NCBI GenBank assembly: GCA_017618795.1
Contig: JAFZTO010000034.1
Coordinates: 1 to 37,063, forward strand
DNA: 37,063 nt
From: Clostridia bacterium
Lineage (GTDB): Bacteria; Bacillota; Clostridia; Oscillospirales; CAG-272
Direction of reading: 5' to 3'
Part shown: in pieces, positions 25,579 to 33,914 of the stretch
Position numbering within the stretch: the first letter of the stretch is position 1
Layout of the letters: each line of letters starts with the position of its first letter
Notes under the pieces: model-generated
Database searches by the model: none
What the model was told of the DNA's origin: nothing
What the model saw: the letters and a program-made list of their open reading frames with translations, nothing else
Program-made: the position numbers and the translations under genes

Positions 25579-26811
25579 TTATCTCCTTATAAGCACGACC
25601 GACAGGTCGTTCACGTTTGTACCGGTCGGGCCTGTGATTATCAGCCCTCCCGCCTTTTTCAGCACGTTGTAGGAATCGTTGTTCCCGAGACCGTCAAGCG
25701 CCTCACGAAGAGAGATTTTCCCGCCGACGGTATTCCCGTCTGCGTAGCCTCCCGCGGCGTCGGTCGGCCCGTCTGTTCCATCACTCCCGATCGAAAACAG
25801 CGCGGTATCCCTCATCCCCGCTATACCTATAGCGCCGCTGAGGGCAATTTCCTGATTTCTTCCGCCGAGCCCGTTCCCCTTAACGTGAACGACGGTCTCG
25901 CCGCCTGCGATCAGTGCAACGGAGCGTTCCGCATTCTGATGCAGCCCGGCTTCCGAGGCAAGAAAACTTCCGGCATCGCGCGCCTCGCAGCACAGACTGT
26001 CGCCAAGAATAAAAGAGTTGTAGCCAAGGCCTTCGGCGTAAAGAGCGGCGTTTTTTACGAGTTCGCCCACGCTGCCGGTCACGATATTCTCAACATTGCA
26101 TATTCCGCGCGGCGTTTCGGTGCGCAGCAGACGCTTTACCTCGTCGGTGCAAGTAAGACGGTATTTTTCAGCAACGCGCACGGCGTCCGCGCATGTTGAC
26201 AGATCCTCATACGTCGGGCCCGACGCTACGTTGTCCGCGCTGCCGCCCGGCACGTCGCTGAGTATGACAGACAGAACCTTCGCAGGACTGCATAGCTGTG
26301 CGAAACGCCCTCCCTTGACGGCGGAAAGCCGTTTCCTGACCGTGTTTATTTCACCGATGTCCGCGCCGCGCTCCAGAAGTTCAAGGGTCAGCTTTTTCAG
26401 TTCTTCAAGCGGGACAAGGGGTATTTCAAACAGTGCACTCCCGCCTCCGGACAGCAGAAAGATCACGGTATCGCTTCCGTTCAGATCTTCCACAAGTCCG
26501 GCTGCCGCCCGCGTCCCGCGGATCGAATTATCGTCCGGCACAGGATGACCGCCTTCGTAAATCGCAAGATTGCCTATCTGTCCGCGGGAATGGCCGTATT
26601 TGGTTATTACGGCTCCTCCGTCAACTCGTCCCCCGAGACAGTCGTACGCCGTTTTCGCCATCTGCCACGCCGCCTTGCCGGCCGAGATCAGAAGAATTTT
26701 TCCGTCCCCGAAATTCCGGTTTTCAAGCGCCTTTTTAACCGCTCTGTCCGGCATGACCGAAGCAACGGACAGGCGTATAATCTCCAGCGCGTCACTTTTC
26801 AGGTCCGTCAT
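25579..26811 (-). CDS. Glycerate 2-kinase / hydroxypyruvate reductase-like protein, MOFRL family (DUF4147 + MOFRL)
   Basis: Start moved to 26811 (MTDLKSDALEIIRLSVASVMPDRAV...). Motifs: LISAGKAAWQMA, EGGHPVPDDNS, LLSGGGSALFE, VRKRLSAVKGGRFA, IAGGETVVHVKGNGLGGRNQE, GSDGTDGPTDAAG, ITGPTGTNVNDL. It overlaps the topB 3' end by 20 nt. Confidence 0.8.
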   Translation of the reverse strand: MTDLKSDALEIIRLSVASVMPDRAVKKALENRNFGDGKILLISAGKAAWQMAKTAYDCLGGRVDGGAVITKYGHSRGQIGNLAIYEGGHPVPDDNSIRGTRAAAGLVEDLNGSDTVIFLLSGGGSALFEIPLVPLEELKKLTLELLERGADIGEINTVRKRLSAVKGGRFAQLCSPAKVLSVILSDVPGGSADNVASGPTYEDLSTCADAVRVAEKYRLTCTDEVKRLLRTETPRGICNVENIVTGSVGELVKNAALYAEGLGYNSFILGDSLCCEARDAGSFLASEAGLHQNAERSVALIAGGETVVHVKGNGLGGRNQEIALSGAIGIAGMRDTALFSIGSDGTDGPTDAAGGYADGNTVGGKISLREALDGLGNNDSYNVLKKAGGLIITGPTGTNVNDLSVVLIRR

Positions 26812-28936
26812 GCGTTTTCCCGCTTTCCAAGGTCTGTTCCGGGAGTGCAGATGAGTCAAATTCAAACGCGATCCTGTTTTCATCGATTTTAAGCGCCGCG
26901 TCGAATTTTTTCCCGCTCTTTGCCGTAAAGCCGCAAAGAATGCCGGTGCGCCCGTTTCCAATAAGTTCGCGCGCAGTGTCGACGGATATCCCCCGCCCCG
27001 CAAAGCTGAGCGGAACGCTGAATTTACACCCGTCCCTGTAGCCGGAGCATCCGTACGAGAACGGTGTTCTCACCACGTCCCTTCCGCATACGGGGCATTT
27101 GCCGACAATCTGGCGGAAAAAGCCTATGTCCCGGTCAGCGGGCAGAGGTCTGAATATATCCCTTATTTCGTTTTCGGCAACGGCGAGGCTGTCCCGTACG
27201 CTGCACTCTCCCCTGTAGACCCTTTTGAGCGATTTGCCGACCTCTGCCGTTTTGTACTTGTCCATGCTTATGTCGAGCATCCCGAGCGTTTCGATAAGCT
27301 GCCGCCCGCCGCTCTCTATCGTATAAACGTCTTTTGTGAGTTTTATGTACCCGCTCTTGCGGGCGTTGTCGATGATGCCGGTGCGCGTGGCCTCGGTTCC
27401 CAGTTCAAGTCCCTCGAACATTGCCCGGTAGTCCTCCGCGTCGTCCTCCTCCTCTGCCTTCTGCTTTTCCTCGCGGAACGGGTTTTTCAGATAGTTGTTC
27501 AGCGTCTCTATCGTGTAATGTCTGGGAGGGGACGTCTCCTTTTCGGCGGGCTCGAACATGATGTTCACCGCGTCGCCCTTTTTCAGCGACGGCAGAATTC
27601 TGTCTTTCTGTCCGCCGTCGTCGTATTTCATCCAGCCCTTTTCGGTTATGACGAGACCCTTGAGGACAAAATCCTCAAGCCCGCCGGCCGATATCGTTAT
27701 CTCGGTCTTGTCGGCGGTACAGTCCTGCGCGCAGAAAACCGCGGCAAAACGGCGGAAGACCGTCGAGTACACAGTGTACTCTTTTTCCTTCAGCTGGCTT
27801 TTGTCGGGGATTTTCCCGGTTGGCGTAATCGCCGAATGCGACTCTATCTTGCTGTCGTCGAAAATATTCTTTCTGTCCTTGAAACGGAGCGGATATCCGA
27901 GCTTCACGCATCCGGAAATAATGCCCCTCACCTTGTCTTTCTCCGCAGTGGCGAGGTATTCGGAATTCGTTCTCGGATACGTAAGGTACCCGCGCTCGTA
28001 AAGCCCCTGAATTATTTCAAGGCTCTCGCTCATGGACATTTTGTACTTTTTGCCAAGCATATTCTGCAGCGTTGAAAGCGAGAACAGCTTGCCCGGAGGG
28101 ATGACCGTCTTTTTCTTTTTAACATCCGTTACGGACGCGCCCGCCTGATTGTATCTGCGGCAGAGCTCCTCGCATTCTTCTTTTTTATCAGCCTGAAATC
28201 TGTCCTTGCCGCACAATTCCACTTTTTCTCCGTTTGTCTCGGCAATACTGCGGGCTATAAAATACTTCTCGGGCCGGAAATTCTCTATCTCTGTATCCCT
28301 GTCGTAAATTGCACGCACGATGGGCACTATGACCCTACCTACCCGCAGCAGTCTGCCGGAACGCAGCGTCGCATATCTCGTCAGATTGACTCCGTAAAGC
28401 CAGTCGATGCAGGTGCGGGCAAAGCCCTCGTACGCCAGATTGTTGTACTCGCGCTCGTCCTTCAGCTCGCTCAGCCCCTTTGCGACCGTCTCCGCGGTCT
28501 GGTCGTTGAGCCAGAGCCTTTTAAGCGGCTTGCTTCCGCACCCCGAATGCATTATTATAAGGCGTACTATTATCTCGCCCTCCCTGTCGGCGTCCCCGGC
28601 GTTGATTATTTCCGTTACGTCCGGACGGCAGCAAAGCGACCTGATTATTTCAAACTGCTTTTTCACTCCCTGATCCGGCTTGCCGTTTGTATCTTTTCTG
28701 AGCGTGAAATCAAATTTTTCCGGGAAACACGGCAGATTGTCCATCGACCAGTAGCCGTTCGGATCTCCCGATGGTGAATAATGCTCCACATCTTCAAGCG
28801 AAAAAAGATGGCCGAACGCCCAGGTGGTTATGTATTCGTTTCCCTCGTAATAGCCGTCCCGCTTCTGTGGCTTTTCTCCGGTGCCTGCGATTATGTTGCG
28901 AGCAAGGCTCGGCTTTTCGGCGATAATAAGTTTCAT
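26792..28936 (-). CDS. topB: DNA topoisomerase III (type IA) with a C-terminal zinc-ribbon / topoisomerase C-terminal repeat
   Basis: The TOPRIM start is MKLIIAEKPSLARNI...TWAFGHL...NAGDADREGE. The active-site region is LYERGYLTYPRTNSEYL. The C-terminus reads CPVCGRDVVRTPFSYGCSGYRDGCKFSV. The ATG overlaps the upstream ABC gene stop (ATGA). Confidence 0.85.
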   Translation of the reverse strand: MKLIIAEKPSLARNIIAGTGEKPQKRDGYYEGNEYITTWAFGHLFSLEDVEHYSPSGDPNGYWSMDNLPCFPEKFDFTLRKDTNGKPDQGVKKQFEIIRSLCCRPDVTEIINAGDADREGEIIVRLIIMHSGCGSKPLKRLWLNDQTAETVAKGLSELKDEREYNNLAYEGFARTCIDWLYGVNLTRYATLRSGRLLRVGRVIVPIVRAIYDRDTEIENFRPEKYFIARSIAETNGEKVELCGKDRFQADKKEECEELCRRYNQAGASVTDVKKKKTVIPPGKLFSLSTLQNMLGKKYKMSMSESLEIIQGLYERGYLTYPRTNSEYLATAEKDKVRGIISGCVKLGYPLRFKDRKNIFDDSKIESHSAITPTGKIPDKSQLKEKEYTVYSTVFRRFAAVFCAQDCTADKTEITISAGGLEDFVLKGLVITEKGWMKYDDGGQKDRILPSLKKGDAVNIMFEPAEKETSPPRHYTIETLNNYLKNPFREEKQKAEEEDDAEDYRAMFEGLELGTEATRTGIIDNARKSGYIKLTKDVYTIESGGRQLIETLGMLDISMDKYKTAEVGKSLKRVYRGECSVRDSLAVAENEIRDIFRPLPADRDIGFFRQIVGKCPVCGRDVVRTPFSYGCSGYRDGCKFSVPLSFAGRGISVDTARELIGNGRTGILCGFTAKSGKKFDAALKIDENRIAFEFDSSALPEQTLESGKTHDGPEK

Positions 28937-30669
28937 TGCTCCTCCGCAAACTGGCTTGCATACAGCTCAGCGTAAAATCCGTTCCTTGCCATAAGCTCGG
29001 CGTGGCTGCCCTGTTCGACTATTTTCCCGTCTTTCATTGCTATAATGACATCGCAACCGGTTATAGTCGAAAGCCTGTGCGCCACAATGAAGCAGGTGCG
29101 TCCGGCGCACAGTACGTCCATCGCCCTCTGTACGCGGCGCTCGGTCATGGTATCTATCGACGAGGTGGCCTCGTCCAGTATCAGCATGGGCGGGTTGCTC
29201 AGCATAGCCCGGCAGATGCACAGCAGCTGCTTCTGCCCGTCGGACAGTCCTCCACCCTCACGCAGAACCGTGTCGTAGCCGTTTTTAAGTCTCGATATGA
29301 ATCCGTGGCAGCTGCATTTTTTAGCCGCTTCGATCATCTCCTCATCGGTGGCTTCCGGGCGGCCCATTTTCAGATTTTCGCGCACACTGTCCTCCGACAG
29401 CCAGGTATCCTGCAGCACCATGCCGAAGGACGAACGCAGGACCGGCGACGGAATGCCGTTTATATCCTCGCCGTCGAGCGTGATCCTGCCGCTGTCGGGA
29501 GTATAGAATTTCATAAGCAGATTTATAAGCGTCGTCTTGCCGCAACCGGTGGGCCCGACAACCGCCACCCTCTTCCCTCTGTCCACAATAAGGGAAAAAT
29601 GTTCGATCAGCTTTCTGTCTTTTGTGTACGAGAACGACATATCGTCTATCTGAACGTCGCCGGCGAACGCTTTCGGCTTGTACGGCGGGTCGGGCGGTAT
29701 CTCGGTTTCGTCGTTCAGCTCAAAGATGCGCTCCGCGCAGGCGAGCGCGTTCTGAAGCTCGGCCATGACGCCGGATATTTCGTTGAAAGGCTTTGTATAC
29801 TGCCCCGCATAGTTAAGGAAAACCGAAAGAGAGCCGACGGTCAGCCCGCCTGTTATACAGCTTATTCCGCCGATGCCCGCAACCGCCGCGTAGATCGCTG
29901 CGTTTACGAATCTTGTGGTCGGGTTGACCAGAGACGAGAAAAACACCGCGTTTCGCGAGCTCACCTCGTATCTGCCGTTTATCTCCTTGAAACGCTCCAG
30001 AGCCTTGCCCCCGTTGCCGAAGGCGCGGACTGTACGCATACCCGTTACGGTTTCGTTAATATACGCCGTCTCCTCTCCCTTAAGCTCCGCCTGAGCGCGG
30101 AAATAGCTGTAGGTCTTCCGCGCTATATAGCCCGAAATCAGCGCCGACAGAGGCGTGAGCACAACGACGATGCCAGCGATCAGCGGATTTATCAGAAACA
30201 TTATTACAAGCGTGGCGCCTATTGTCAGCGCCCCGCTGAACAGTTGCGTAAAGCCCATGAGCACGCCGTCAGCCACAGTGTCGGCGTCTGCGATTATCCT
30301 GCTCACCACGTCGCCGTGAGGATGCGAATCTATGTACGAAAGCGGAAGCCTCTGCAGCTTTTCAAAGGTCTCCGAGCGCAGTTCTCGCAATATTGCCCAG
30401 GCGGCCAGGTTGTTGGCAATTCCCTGAACAAACAGTGCCGCGCCGCCTGTCACGGCAAAAGTTCCCGCGCATATGAGTGCCCGCATCATTTCATCCCATT
30501 CTCCGCCGTCGCGTATGACGTCAATCGCACGCCCCACGAAAACGGGGACAAGCAGCGCGCATGCCACGTAAACTGCAGCCGATATAAGCGTCAGAATGCA
30601 CAGCCATCCGTGCCTGCCGACAATGACGAGGAGCCTCCTCACTGTCCCGCTCTTCACTGACGTCTTCAT
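28933..30669 (-). CDS. ABC exporter half-transporter (TMD-NBD), subunit B of a heterodimer; canonical Walker B-Glu and H-loop, degenerate signature motif
   Basis: Start moved to 30669 (MKTSVKSGTVRRLL...), overlapping the upstream stop as ATGA. Walker A is GPTGCGKTT. The signature is LSDGQKQ rather than LSGGQ. Walker B is MLILDEATS. The H-loop is FIVAHRLST. Confidence 0.85.
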   Translation of the reverse strand: MKTSVKSGTVRRLLVIVGRHGWLCILTLISAAVYVACALLVPVFVGRAIDVIRDGGEWDEMMRALICAGTFAVTGGAALFVQGIANNLAAWAILRELRSETFEKLQRLPLSYIDSHPHGDVVSRIIADADTVADGVLMGFTQLFSGALTIGATLVIMFLINPLIAGIVVVLTPLSALISGYIARKTYSYFRAQAELKGEETAYINETVTGMRTVRAFGNGGKALERFKEINGRYEVSSRNAVFFSSLVNPTTRFVNAAIYAAVAGIGGISCITGGLTVGSLSVFLNYAGQYTKPFNEISGVMAELQNALACAERIFELNDETEIPPDPPYKPKAFAGDVQIDDMSFSYTKDRKLIEHFSLIVDRGKRVAVVGPTGCGKTTLINLLMKFYTPDSGRITLDGEDINGIPSPVLRSSFGMVLQDTWLSEDSVRENLKMGRPEATDEEMIEAAKKCSCHGFISRLKNGYDTVLREGGGLSDGQKQLLCICRAMLSNPPMLILDEATSSIDTMTERRVQRAMDVLCAGRTCFIVAHRLSTITGCDVIIAMKDGKIVEQGSHAELMARNGFYAELYASQFAEEQ

Positions 30670-32381
30670 GCCTGCGCCCTCCTTGTCTGCGTATCGCATA
30701 TCTCCCTGTACTCCGGGCAGTCGTCATAAAGCGCATCGTGGGTACCGAGCCCGCACACGCGTCCCTCGTCAAGCACGAGAATCCTGTCGCAGTTCCTCAC
30801 CGAGCTTACCCGCTGAGATATAATTATGACTGCCGGGGCCGGATCAAGGGCTGCAATACCTCTCCTTAACTTAAGCTCGGTCATATAGTCGAGCGCCGAG
30901 GCGCTGTCGTCAAGGATCAGAATGTCAGGTTTTTTTGCAAGAGCCCTTGCGACTGAAATGCGCTGTCTCTGTCCGCCTGATAAATTGCGTCCCCCCTGCT
31001 CCACGGGCGAATCGAGACCGAGGGGCATATCCGAGACAAATTCCGCGGCCTGTGCCGTTTCCAGCGCCGCGTTTGTCTCTTCGTCGCTTATGCCGGGAGC
31101 GCCGTAGGTAACGTTCGAGCGCACCGTGCCGCTGAAAAGCTCCGCTTTCTGGAGCACAATCCCGAAACTCGCCCTCAGTTCGTCGGGATCGCAGGAAAGA
31201 ACGTCCCTCCCTCTTACGGTGATTTTACCATCGTCCGGGTCGTAAAAACGGCAGAGAAGCGCCGCAACGGTGGTTTTTCCGCTGCCGGTACCGCCTATTA
31301 TTCCGATTTTCTCGCCTTTTTCGGCGCTGAAGCTGACGTGCGAAACGGCGGGCGGGGAACCCTTGTGATAGGAAAATGATACGTCGTCAAATTGTAGAAA
31401 CGGTCCGTCCCCGCCATTGTCATCAGCAACTTCCTGCGTGCCTCTGCACTCAAGCACGGCCGTGATCCGCTTTCCGCATACCTCCCCGCGAGTCACTGTT
31501 ATTATAAGATTGGCGAGCTTTACAAGCTCGAAAAGTATCTGTGTCATGTAATTGTAAAGCGCGAGTATCTCGCCGGCTGTTATCAGGCTTTTCTCCGAAA
31601 GTCTGCCGCCCACGAATATCAGCGCAACAATAGAGAGATTGACGATAACATATGTAAGCGGGTTGAGCAGAGAGGAAATTACGCCTGCTCTGTCCTGCAT
31701 TTTCTCCAGTCTGACAGCGGCGGCCGAAAAACGGGCGTTTTCACCGCCTTCCCTGCAGAGAGCGCGTATTACCCGCGTACCGGACAGGTTTTCGCGGGTT
31801 ATCTGCGTCATGCCGTCAAGCTCGGCGCGAATTTTCCTGTGAAGCGGCGAGGTGGTGAGCCTGACCGCAAATATTACCGCCGCAAGAAGCGGTATCATTA
31901 CACAGAATACAAGCGCCCCTTTTGCGTTGACTGTAAAGGCGAGAACAAGGGCGCCGAAAACTATTACCGGCGCTCGCAGAAGCAGCCGGAGGGAAAGATT
32001 GACCGCGTTCTGCACCTGGTCTGTGTCGCCCGTCATGCGGGTTATAATGCCTGACGCGCCCATGTCGTCAAGCCTGTCGAACGAAAGCGTGAATATCTTT
32101 CCGTACAGCGCCTCGCGCACCTTTGCACCAAATCCGCAGGCGGCTCTTGCACAGAAATACTGCGCGCTTACAGAGAACACAAGCCCCCCAAAGCCCATAA
32201 CGATCAGTATTCCCATGAGAGTAAGGATATATTTTCGGTCCCCGTTCACAATTCCAATATTTGTTATTTTCAGTATAAAAAACGGAACCGCCAGTTCAAG
32301 CGCCGCCTCCATCAGCTTGAGCACGGGACCGAGCACGCAGTCGAGCCTGTAGCCCTTAAGATATGAAAGCAGCTTTTTCAT
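30666..32381 (-). CDS. ABC exporter half-transporter (TMD-NBD), subunit A of a heterodimer; catalytic Glu and H-loop His substituted
   Basis: Walker A is GGTGSGKTT. The signature LSGGQRQR is intact. Walker B is ILILDDSAS, with Asp in place of the catalytic Glu. The H-loop is IIISQRVSS, with Gln in place of His. The ATG overlaps the nrdR stop (ATGA). Confidence 0.85.
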   Translation of the reverse strand: MKKLLSYLKGYRLDCVLGPVLKLMEAALELAVPFFILKITNIGIVNGDRKYILTLMGILIVMGFGGLVFSVSAQYFCARAACGFGAKVREALYGKIFTLSFDRLDDMGASGIITRMTGDTDQVQNAVNLSLRLLLRAPVIVFGALVLAFTVNAKGALVFCVMIPLLAAVIFAVRLTTSPLHRKIRAELDGMTQITRENLSGTRVIRALCREGGENARFSAAAVRLEKMQDRAGVISSLLNPLTYVIVNLSIVALIFVGGRLSEKSLITAGEILALYNYMTQILFELVKLANLIITVTRGEVCGKRITAVLECRGTQEVADDNGGDGPFLQFDDVSFSYHKGSPPAVSHVSFSAEKGEKIGIIGGTGSGKTTVAALLCRFYDPDDGKITVRGRDVLSCDPDELRASFGIVLQKAELFSGTVRSNVTYGAPGISDEETNAALETAQAAEFVSDMPLGLDSPVEQGGRNLSGGQRQRISVARALAKKPDILILDDSASALDYMTELKLRRGIAALDPAPAVIIISQRVSSVRNCDRILVLDEGRVCGLGTHDALYDDCPEYREICDTQTRRAQA

Positions 32382-32845
32382 TTGCCTTCCTCTTTTTCAA
32401 GCTCGTCAAGCTCGGTCCGGAAATCCTGTACCGCGGCGAATTTTCTGTAAACCGACGCGAAACGCACGTACGACACGTCATCGGTGCGGCGCAGCTTTTC
32501 CATAACAAGACGGCCGATGTCGTCGCTCGTGACCTCGTTGCTGCCGCGGGCTATCAGCTCGTCCTCTATATCCGCGGCCATATGAATAATCGTGTCCTTT
32601 GTAACAGGGCGTTTGTAGCACGCCTGAAACAGTCCGATAAGGATCTTGTTCCTGTCGAACATCTGCATGGTTCCGTCCTTTTTTATGACGATAAGGCGCT
32701 TTTTCTCGTCCACCTCATAGGTTTCGTACGTGGTAAACCTGTATCCGCATTTCCGGCACTGCCTGCGGCGGCGTATGGCCTCGTTTTCTGTCGGCCGCGA
32801 ATCGACGACCCTTGTATCATAGTATCCGCACGACGGACATTTCAT
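32378..32845 (-). CDS. nrdR: Transcriptional repressor NrdR (zinc ribbon + ATP-cone)
   Basis: MKCPSCGYYDTRVVDSRPTENEAIRRRRQCRKCGYRFTTYE... followed by VIKKDGTMQMFDRNKILIGL...YVRFASVYRKF. This is a textbook NrdR pattern. Confidence 0.95.
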   Translation of the reverse strand: MKCPSCGYYDTRVVDSRPTENEAIRRRRQCRKCGYRFTTYETYEVDEKKRLIVIKKDGTMQMFDRNKILIGLFQACYKRPVTKDTIIHMAADIEDELIARGSNEVTSDDIGRLVMEKLRRTDDVSYVRFASVYRKFAAVQDFRTELDELEKEEGK

Positions 32846-32876
32846 TTTGTTTGTCCTCTTTTATCTGATGATTCAG

Positions 32877-32892
32877 ACACAACTTTTAGTGT
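32877..32892. promoter_or_regulatory. NrdR-box-like 16-bp palindrome (box 1), downstream of the predicted nrdR -10
   Basis: ACACAACTTTTAGTGT matches 13 of 16 positions of the NrdR-box consensus as I recall it (acaCwAtATaTwGtgt), including the outer ACAC/GTGT arms. Confidence 0.55.
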
Positions 32893-32903
32893 TTGTTATT
32901 AAT

Positions 32904-32932
32904 ATTATACCACATTTTGTGTGGAAAGTAAA
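32904..32932 (-). promoter_or_regulatory. Predicted sigma-A promoter of the nrdR-led gene chain
   Basis: Minus strand: TTTACT (32932-32927), a 17-nt spacer, TATAAT (32909-32904). AAGAGGA RBS, then the ATG at 32845. Confidence 0.5.
32907..32922. promoter_or_regulatory. NrdR-box-like 16-bp element (box 2), overlapping the predicted nrdR -10
   Basis: ATACCACATTTTGTGT matches 12 of 16 positions, with all four capitalised core positions present. Its start is 30 bp from the start of box 1, about three helical turns. Confidence 0.45.
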
Positions 32933-33194
32933 GGAGAAAAGGCAAAATAATATACATATATGATGAGAAAATCCACTTATTAAATCCGTCGGAGATTTAT
33001 GAACAATCTGTAAATAATCGGATTTTTCGAAAAAAAACTAAAAACCTCGTAATCTTTTTTGTTTTTTTACGTCTAATATATGAAAGCTTGAAAAGGCTGT
33101 GCTCAGACCGCGGTCTGCCGGCTTTGCTTTACTCAGAAAGTTTGTAAACATTCTGTAAAAATTTTTTCTTTTTTTACAAAAATCCCAACACATA

Positions 33195-33223
33195 TTGATA
33201 TTTGCTTTTTACTGTGATATAAT
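33195..33223 (+). promoter_or_regulatory. Sigma-A promoter (extended -10) for the small lipoprotein gene
   Basis: TTGATA (33195-33200), a 17-nt spacer ending in TGa, TATAAT (33218-33223). This implies a 5' UTR of about 95 nt before the ATG at 33326. Confidence 0.6.
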
Positions 33224-33325
33224 AATATGCAATGAAAAACAGGAACCCCAACAGATCGAAATGGAAAACATCCTCAGTATATGTAATGCATTGAGCATTA
33301 GCACACAAAAAGAAAGGATCGCACA

Positions 33326-33817
33326 ATGAACGTAAAAAAAATAATTGCTTTTCTGCTTTGTATTCTGACGGCTGTCACGACGTTGAGCGCGTGCCTTTTG
33401 CCAGGTTCAAACGGCGGGAGCACAGGCACCGGCGAAAACAACTCGTCAGATACCAATCCGCAGAAATCTCTGAAGGAATATATAAAAGCCGAACCCATTG
33501 ACAAAAAAGCCGCCGAGAAAATAACTGAAGGAATGACCCTGAATCAGGTAACTGAATTAATAGGCAGCGGCACCGACAACCCGAATTTTAGCACAATCTA
33601 TCCTCTTATCCGCCTGTGGAAAGTCGATGACGGAAAAATTCTTAACGTGATTTTTGAAGTCAACGGCTGGGATCTCGGGCAGTTCGCGTCGGAAGGCGGA
33701 TGGAAGCTGTATTTTTCCGCTACGACGGAAACGCGCGACGGGGTTGAGGTTTATTATCAGAAGCCCGACGGAGACGCGTTTACCGTCAGCTCGGTATCTT
33801 TCATTAACGGCGACTGA
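33326..33817 (+). CDS. Small lipoprotein of unknown function
   Basis: MNVKKIIAFLLCILTAVTTLSACLLPGSNGG (lipobox LSAC). Gly/Ser/Asn-rich linker. GMTLNQVTELIGSG is reminiscent of SmpA/OmlA or BLIP-like small lipoprotein domains, but this resemblance is weak. AAAGGA RBS. Confidence 0.7.
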   Translation: MNVKKIIAFLLCILTAVTTLSACLLPGSNGGSTGTGENNSSDTNPQKSLKEYIKAEPIDKKAAEKITEGMTLNQVTELIGSGTDNPNFSTIYPLIRLWKVDDGKILNVIFEVNGWDLGQFASEGGWKLYFSATTETRDGVEVYYQKPDGDAFTVSSVSFINGD

Positions 33818-33861
33818 AGTCTGTTCAGAAAGCAGTCGCACAATTTTTAAAAAAAGCCATG

Positions 33862-33898
33862 TAAAAATCACACCGGATACTCTCCGGTGTGATTTTTA
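33862..33898. terminator. Bidirectional rho-independent terminator between convergent genes
   Basis: AAAA ATCACACCGGA TACTC TCCGGTGTGAT TTTT. The stem is a perfect 11 bp, flanked by an A-run and a T-run. It sits between the stop at 33817 (+) and the stop at 33915 (-). Confidence 0.85.
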
Positions 33899-33914
33899 TA
33901 TCCGTATAAATCCA

